Assembly: GCF_006345805.1 (NCBI RefSeq)
Contig: NW_021833144.1
Location: 1-29,196 of the forward strand
Reading direction: 5' to 3'
DNA: 29,196 nt
Origin: Octopus sinensis
Lineage: Eukaryota
A program made the translations under genes and the position numbers. The notes below the pieces were generated by a model. It was not told where the DNA came from. It searched no databases and was given only the letters and a program-made list of their open reading frames with translations. How positions within the stretch are numbered: the stretch's first letter is position 1; each line of letters starts with the position of its first letter. Below are positions 22,055 through 29,196 of the stretch, piece by piece.

Positions 22055-23016
22055 AATGTGATGTGTGTCATTGAAAAAGTGTGAGTGCGTGAGTGTCTGT
22101 GTTTGTGTGTGTGTGTGTGTGTTTGTGAATGAGGGTAACTTGTATGTGTGTGTTTGTGTTTGTCTTTGTATGTGTGTTTGTGTGTGTTTGTGTGTGTGTG
22201 CCTGGGATGTTGGTAAAGTGACATGCTAAACGAAGCGAAAGACAAGAGACAACCATGATTTATAAGAACCGATTTCTGTCTGCACTTCTTTTTTTATTGT
22301 TAATAATTCCGGGTGTTAGAATTGTGGTCTAAGTCTAAAAGTTGGCAAAGATGGAAAGTGTAAGAAAATTTTTCGGAAAATTTTTCAGAAAAATTTTTAA
22401 AAATAAAGAAAACAAAAGAAAATAAACACAAGACTAATAATTCTAAATTATAAGGACAATCTATTGAGTGAAGCCATTTTCGTTTAAAAGACAACAAAAC
22501 TGCAAAGAAATACTCTCCTCCACTTTCGAAATAAGAGGATTTAAAATTTAGAGCCGCAAACAATGTCACAATAGTCTTCAAAGTAGGATGAAAACGAAGA
22601 AGAAATACAAAGAGAAAAAAATGATATTCGGAAAAATTACAAAGAATTTGCGAAAATAAAAGAAATGTATACAATACAGAGCTTCAGAACATTTTTATAG
22701 ATGAGGATTTATAGAGGAGGATGGCTGCAGTTAGGAATACATTAATAGAGAAGAGGAGAAAGAAATGCGAGGAAACTCGATCGCAGATCTAAGATTTAAC
22801 AAGAGGCAAAAAAAAAAAAAAAAAAAGATAAAAATGGTTTGAATGTGATCTTTGTAAACCCTTGTCAACAAGGATCAGTTCATAATGAGTAGCATCTTGT
22901 GTAGAATTCGCTGACGGTTTTGATAGTATTTAAATTTGACATTAACATTCTTCACAAGTCTTGGAGTGTGAGAACAGGGGAATTGGCGCACAAATCGGAC
23001 ACAATTTTGTCCGATC

Positions 23017-23525
23017 CAGCCAGGAATTTTTTGTGGTAAACTAAACTGAGTACTCATACTACACACCTGTTTGTATTACGACAGGTGACGAAAACTCCTT
23101 ATGTGTGTGTTTGTGTCTATCTGTTTGTGTGTGTGGTAAGAAGCTTGTTTACCAACCACATGATTCCGGGTTCGGTCCCATTGCGTGGCACCTTGCGTAT
23201 GTGACTTTTATTATAGCTTCGGGCCGACCAAAGACTTGTGAATGGATATTGAAGATGGAAACTGAAAGAAGCCCGTCGTATATATGTATGTCTAACCACC
23301 CAATGAGAAACCACTTCTAGCTGCTTCTGATAGACAGTCTCAATATCACACATTCAGGCGCAATTCAGCCAGGAATTTTTTGTGGTAAACTAAACTGAGT
23401 ACTCATACTACACACCTGTTTGTATTACGACAGGTGACGAAAATTCCTTATGTGTGTCTTTGTGTTTGTCTGTTTGCGTGTGTGGTAAAAAGCTTGCTTG
23501 CGAACCACATGATTCCGGGTTCGGA
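23017..23525 (+). repeat. Local 349-bp-period duplication: unknown 85-bp module plus (TG) plus family B SINE head
   Basis: Module CAGCCAGGAATTTTTTGTGG...ACAGGTGACGAAAAyTCCTTA at 23017-23101 and 23366-23450. Each is followed by a family B SINE head (about 23132-23285 and 23481-23525). A third partial module lies at 24186-24240. Confidence 0.9.
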
Positions 23526-23736
<211 letters not shown>

Positions 23737-24243
23737 ACTTCTTGGAAAGCTCAGTAATTAAATGACAAAATTTTGTAAGTAACCAAAAACATGTTCAGTG
23801 ACCGGAGAAACACACGCTTAATTCAAATCCGAAACTTTTGTTGTTTCTCAAGAAACTGAGATATGCTGCTCCATCGCAAGAAATGGAAACGTTTCAGAAT
23901 TCTTAATTAAGTAAGTTTGGCGATAAATAAGGGACGTAAAATAACGCCAGGAAACATAAAGCATAATACAAATGAGCCAGTAATTCAGACGTCTCTTCCA
24001 TCATTCTTTAAGTGGAATTTCCAATAAGGAGATTCTCTGCGAATGCGTATACACACACACACATGCACTCACACACACACACATGCACTCACACAAACAC
24101 ATGTGCTGTATTGTGTGTGTGTGTGTGTGTGAATGCGTATCTATGAGTGTTTGTTGAGAAATAGTCTTCAAATTAAATAGATATATTTTTGTGGTAAACT
24201 AAACTGAGTACTCATTAATATACACCTGTTTGTATTACGAAGT

Positions 24244-24686
24244 ACCACCTCCGATGGGCAGGGCATTTCTCCAGAATGGAGAACCATCGCCTTCCAAAGA
24301 TTGCTATGTTTGACGAACTCTCCACCGGTCACCGAGTGAGAGGAGCTCCGAGGAAGCGCTACAGAGACTGCCTCAAGAAGTCTCTAACAGCATGTCAAAT
24401 TAACCACCAATGCTGGTCAGACCTGGCTGCGGACCGTGATGTCTGGCGCCACACGATCTTCAACGCAGTCAGAAAGTTTGAGGAACAAAGAAGAGACGCA
24501 CTTAAAGACAAGAAACGCAGGAGGAAGGTGCGAGCCGCCTCTTACACCACACCGGATGTTACCTTCGTCTGTGGACACAGCTCACGGACCTGCCTTTCCC
24601 ATATCGGACTTTTCAGTCATGAGCGTGCATGCACGCGACGTGGACAGCCTTCCTGATCTTAGTTCACGAAGCCGAGCCATGATGAT
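24244..24686 (+). mobile_element. RTE-clade LINE, 5'-truncated 3' end
   Basis: HLRWAGHFSRMENHRLPKIAMFDELSTGHRVRGAPRKRYRDCLK...WRHTI...FVCGHSSRTCLSHIGLFSHERAC*, then a very short 3' UTR ending GAAGCCGAGCC(ATG)n. This is a typical RTE C-terminus with a C2H2-like finger (second Cys changed to Ser). Confidence 0.9.
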
Positions 24687-24737
24687 ATATATATATATAT
24701 ATGAAGTCCTAATGTATATTTAAAATGTATATTATAT

Positions 24738-24923
24738 TGGTTACAAACCTTGGCACAAGGGCAGCAATTTCGACCCCAGTATTCAACTGGTACTCATTTT
24801 ATCAACCCCAAAAGGATGAAAGGCAAAGTCGACCTTGTGGTACTTGAACAAAGAAATTAAAGACGGACGAAATGCCGCTAAATACTTTGCCCGGCGACCT
24901 GACTCTTCTCCCAGCTCGCCGCC

Positions 24924-24925
<2 letters not shown>
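24738..24925 (-). mobile_element. SINE family C
   Basis: Minus-strand head AAGGCGGCGAGCTGG and body GTCGACTTTGCCTTTCATCCTTTTGGGGTTGATAAAATGAGTACCAG; abuts (TAA)n. Confidence 0.88.
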
Positions 24926-24966
<41 letters not shown>

Positions 24967-25068
24967 GAATAAGAAGAGAAGAGAAGAAGAAGAAGAAGAA
25001 GAAGAAAGAGAAGAAGGAAGAAGAAGAAGAAGAAGAAGAAGAAGAAGAAGAAGAAGAAGAAAAAGAAG
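24926..25068. repeat. (TAA)n then (GAA)n microsatellite
   Basis: Direct inspection. Confidence 0.97.
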
Positions 25069-25069
25069 A

Positions 25070-26679
25070 ACTACCAAGAACTGGGCAAATATAAAATAGA
25101 AGTCACTGCAGCACCAACGGCAGAAGAATTGGAAGAATTCTGGAGAGAAATATGGTCGGCGAACGAACCACCAAAAAAAAGGAGTATCAAAAATAACAAA
25201 CTCGGCATCTGAACAACTTTGGACCCCCATAACAACTGAAGAGGTCACCCAGGCACGCAAAGACTAAGCAACTGGAAGGGCCCTGGGCATGACAAGATCC
25301 CCAACTTCTGGTTGAATATCTAACAGGAATGCACAAAAAGCTGGCTGAAAACTTTAACACGTACTAGCAGAGCCAGAGACAATGCCTGAATGGCTCACGA
25401 AGGAGAAAACCATCTTAATTCCCAAATCAAATGAAACAGAAAACCAGAAAACTACAGGCCAATAACCTGCCTCCCTACTATGTTCAAGGCATTTACTGCA
25501 GTGATATCACAAAGGCTGAACAAGCACCTGGACGAAAACAAACTGTTCCCAGAAGAGCAGAAAGGATGCCGCAAAGGCTCATATGGCTGTAAAGATCAAC
25601 TAATGATTAATAAAGCCATAACTGAAGACAGCCACAGAAAGAAGAAAGGCCTCAGTATTGTCTGCAAAACACGAGCAAAACAAAAAAACTGTTCTCAGTA
25701 TTTAAGGAAGCTGACAAATACAAACAAGAAATCATACCACCTAATAAACATGAAGAAGATGAAGAAGATGAAGAAGCAACAAAAGCTATAAAACAAATGA
25801 AATCCAAACTAAAAATAGAACAGCAACGAACCATGATAAAACGATGCAAGAAAATCCCCTTCATGGTAAAATACTGGACTAAACTAAACGCAAAAAGAAA
25901 TAGACAAAGAAAAATCCCAGCAATGGTTGAGAAGCTCAGGACTCAAAGCAGAAACAGAGGGAGTTTTAATTGCAGCACAAGACCAAAGCCTCCCCACCAG
26001 AAATTACCAAAAACATGCAACTGCAGAATATGTGGAGATGGACAAGAAACAATAAATCATATTATCTCTAGCTGCCCAGTCCTGGCTAAGAAGGAATATA
26101 TTCACAGACATGACAGAGTTGGAACCTACATACATTGGAAGCTATGCCAACATTATGGAATAACAACAGAGAAAAGATGGTATAGGCACACACCAGAAAA
26201 GGTCACAGAAAACGAGGAAGCAACCATACTCTGGGATATGCCGATAAACACAGACAGAGAAATTAAGGCCAACAGACCAGATATAGTTGTCAGAGACCAT
26301 GAAGAAAAAAAATGCTTTCTAATTGATGTATCACTACCGGCTGATGACAACGTTTCTCTAAAGAAATGGAGAAACTCTCAAAATACAAAGACCTGGAAAT
26401 AGAGGTAACTAGAATGTGGAATCTGAAACAGAAACAATTATATCAAGTAGGTGCATTAGGCATGATAAAAAAATATTCAGACAAATACATAACAAAAACA
26501 CCAGGACTTACAAACACATATAACATACAGAAAATTGCACTACTAGGCACTGCACACATCCTACGCAGAACACTTTCCACAATAACCATCAGAGCATCAC
26601 AACAAATCACAGCACATACCCAAGGCACACAGAGCTGCGCTCGGTAGTGAAATGAAAGCACGCTATAAAAATAAAACTA

Positions 26680-26735
<56 letters not shown>
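25070..26735 (+). mobile_element. R4/Dong-type (RLE) LINE, 5'-truncated, with the RT core deleted and a (TAA)n tail
   Basis: RT N-part: WKGPGHDKIPNFW...NYRPITCLPTMFKAFTAVIS...EEQKGCRKGSYGCKDQLMIN...LSI. It then jumps at about 25660 to the post-thumb region, a CCHC knuckle (CRICGDGQETINHIISSC) and the RLE (NRPDIVV...LIDVSLP...KLSKYKDL). Many frameshifts. Confidence 0.93.
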
Positions 26736-26736
<1 letters not shown>

Positions 26737-27043
26737 TCCATTGTAGCCACAAGAGAAATTTCTGGAAAAAATACGTGGTATTGGCTGATGAAAGGAACAT
26801 TTAAAAACGAGACCAAGCGCACTATATTGGCAGCGCAGGTCCAAGCTCTGGCCATGAACTGGAGAGTCAGCCTGAGGAATGAGTAATGTCTCCGCTGTGC
26901 CGCATCTGCAATAGAGTGGACGAAACTATTGCACATATCACGAACGAATGGCCTAGACTTGCCCCCAAACCATTACAAGTTGTGGCGACCCGACCAGGTA
27001 GCGAAAGTGCTACATTGGAAACTGTGCGAAAAGTGCGAAATGG
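26737..27043 (+). mobile_element. Second R4/Dong-type LINE fragment (different subfamily), zinc-knuckle region
   Basis: TWYWLMKGTFKNETKRTILAAQVQAL...SPLCRICNRVDETIAHITNE...VAKVLHWKLCEK. Confidence 0.82.
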
Positions 27044-27153
27044 TGAAAGGTAAAGTGGACCTCAGCGGAATTTGACCTCAGAATGTAAAGACGGGCGAAA
27101 TACCGCTAAGCATTTCGCCCAGCGTGCTAACGATTCTGCCAGCTCACCGCCTT
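27044..27153 (-). mobile_element. SINE family C, 5' half
   Basis: Minus strand AAGGCGGTGAGCTGGCAGAATCGTTAGCACGCTGGGCGAAATGCTTAGCGG...GAGGTCAAATTCCGCTGAGGTCCAC; abuts (TAA)n at 27154-27222. Confidence 0.88.
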
Positions 27154-27163
27154 AATGATAATG

Positions 27164-27224
<61 letters not shown>

Positions 27225-27664
27225 AGTTTTGTTTGTGTGGACATACAAAAGACTTGTCTTTTCTTTCTCCCTGACTATTCAAAAATATAAGCATCCTTTT
27301 TGTTGCAAAAACACAAATGTTTTCTCTAACTGGACATACAAACGGACCTCTCTAGAAAAATCAACTTCAATCTCTACAATATTACTTTTATTTTCTCCCT
27401 GACTACCCGAAATATGCAAACATACCTTTTATTGCAATAACAGAAATGCACGTGAAAAAAAAAATAATGATAATAATAATAGCTTCTCTCTGGTCGAACA
27501 CAACTTCTCTATTCACAATTAATACAGAACAGAGTAAATCGCCCTTCCTTAGCTTTTCTTAAAGTCAAGGTTACTGCTCGCTGCTAATAGTAGTAGACAT
27601 TTGAACTCTTTTTGACCGATCGGACCCTATCTCACTTCAAGAAAAGATATTACACGAGCCGCAC

Positions 27665-27670
27665 TTACTA

Positions 27671-27716
<46 letters not shown>

Positions 27717-27795
27717 TGCTACTACTATTACTACCACTGCTGCTGTTGCTGCTACTACTGCTGCTGCTGCTACCACTGCTGCTGCTGCCAATACT

Positions 27796-27831
<36 letters not shown>

Positions 27832-27918
27832 GGTACTACTGCTGTTGCTGCTGCCATTACTACTGCTATTACCACTGCCGCTGCTACTACAACTACTGGT
27901 ACCACTGCAGCTGCTAAT
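27665..27918. repeat. Mosaic (CTA)/(CTG)/(CCA) trinucleotide repeat
   Basis: Direct inspection; explains ORFs 27612, 27627 and 27713. Confidence 0.95.
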
Positions 27919-28044
27919 GATGATAAATGTGGCCCCTGTATGAAGATCAGTGGTTAAAATAAATAAATAAATAAATAATATTTTTAAAAAATGAAAATTT
28001 AATAATAATTTAACTTTACTTAAAAAGAAAAGAAAATTTTATAC

Positions 28045-29196
28045 AGTACACCGAATCGCTTGTCCAATGTTATTCTGGAAGCGCGCCTATCAGGAAGTTG
28101 TCAGCCTGACGGCGAAAATTTTTCTAATGGCAGAATATCCTCCCCGAATACGAATCTGGAAGGTCACTTAAACGGGATTTGTCGCAAATTAAGCCCCCAA
28201 GTTCACCACCACATCGACCACAAAATCAAAAATGTAAAAGAACTAAATGGAACTGGGAAGAATATAAAGAAGTAATATACGCTTATTACTTTGCATTAAG
28301 TAGGCCAACCCAAGAGAAACACACCGCAAACTCCTACAGAATTTGGAGGAGCTGGAATCCAGCTAGCAGGCCAAACCTGGATGAAAGCAGACTTGCAAAT
28401 GTTAGAAGAGATATCTTCAGAAATACCAGACTCACAGAAGTGGAGGCACATGGCCTAGCGGTTAGAGCTGCGGACTCGCGGTCGAGGGATCGCGGGTTCG
28501 AATTTCAGACCGGACGATGTGTGTGTTTATGAGCGAAACACCTAAGCTCCACGCGGCTCCGGCAGAAGGTAATGGCGAAACTTCTGCTGACTCTTTCGCC
28601 ACAACTTTCTCTCACTCTTTCCTCCTGCATCTTGCAGCTCACCTGCGATGAACCGGCGTCCCGTCCAGGTGGGGTACCTATACACCAAGAATCCGTGAAA
28701 CCGGCTCTTATGAGCCAGGCATGACTCGAGAAGGAACAAATAAACAGACTCACAGATGCAGAATTAGCCTCAATTAAAAAAAGTGGTAGTGAATGACCTA
28801 AATATAAGTCAGGAAAGAAATAACGAAGCAGAGGAGAGGTATGTTGGACCACAAGGATTGACTGAAAGGCAACCATCTACCGAAACCACTCAAGAGCCTG
28901 TAGAAAAAAGAAAATATAATGACCCTAGAAAAAACAACCAGGAAAATGATGTGGAAACATAATTTGAAGACCACAACAAAGAAAATCTATCACTGAAATG
29001 AAGCAGGAAGTTCTGAATGAGCATGCTGCTGTAGGGCATTCAAATATTGAATGATAGGGAACAACTCCATAAACTCAAATGCACACCAACATAGAACACA
29101 AGTAAAAATTGGCAACTTCGTTACAAAAGAAATCATACACAAAACCCGATCTTAAGTTAAATGAAATTATTTACTCTGTTGCTAGGTAATCGAAAG
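28045..29196 (+). mobile_element. 5' part of an R4/Dong-type LINE ORF (decayed, interrupted by a SINE, runs off the window)
   Basis: KRTKWNWEEYKEVIYAYYFA...YRIWRSWNP...LDESRLANVRRDIFRNTRLT|DAELASIK resembles the R4-clade N-terminal motif (W..E...V...YY...W...P...QRL...R.I....LS..EL). A REQLHKLK...LNEIIYSVA-like segment follows. Confidence 0.8.
28439..28744 (+). mobile_element. SINE family A (divergent subfamily), tail variant 3, with 12-bp TSD
   Basis: TSD CAGACTCACAGA at 28427-28438 and 28745-28756; A box TGGCCTAGCGG and B box GGTTCGAATT. Confidence 0.93.

Noticed and set aside
27225-27455. Diverged two-unit duplication (TGGACATACAAA and TTCTCCCTGACTA, each twice)
   Set aside because: It is an old local tandem duplication with no further structure.
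27612-27943. Poly-Leu, poly-Cys/Tyr and potential poly-Gln ORFs
   Set aside because: It is a mosaic CTA/CTG microsatellite, and the CAG frame is broken by TAG stops.

Overview
AT-rich, microsatellite-saturated animal genomic DNA. The repeat families resemble those I recall from Octopus or another coleoid cephalopod; this species call is an inference. The only host gene I can support is the 3' end of the LIM-homeobox gene islet (ISL1/2 orthologue) on the + strand. It comprises the exon for the Lhx3-binding domain (212-391), an 8.36-kb phase-0 intron, and a probable terminal coding exon (8747-8923). The LIM and homeodomain exons must lie upstream of the window. The rest is microsatellite plus transposon debris: three tRNA-derived SINE families, four R4/Dong-type (RLE) LINE fragments, one RTE LINE 3' end, two decayed mariners and several Penelope-like termini. 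Almost all ORFs in the supplied track are microsatellite artefacts. The most interesting signals are: (1) at least five dispersed, partly decayed minimal type-I hammerhead-ribozyme motifs; (2) one SINE head and body carrying three unrelated 3' tails, with a covarying hairpin; (3) long fold-back hairpins and inverted SINE pairs, two of them inside the islet intron, which are candidate ADAR or siRNA substrates; (4) AAT/ATT microsatellites acting as landing pads for nested Dong LINEs and SINEs. No database search or folding computation was run, so family names rest on recalled motifs.
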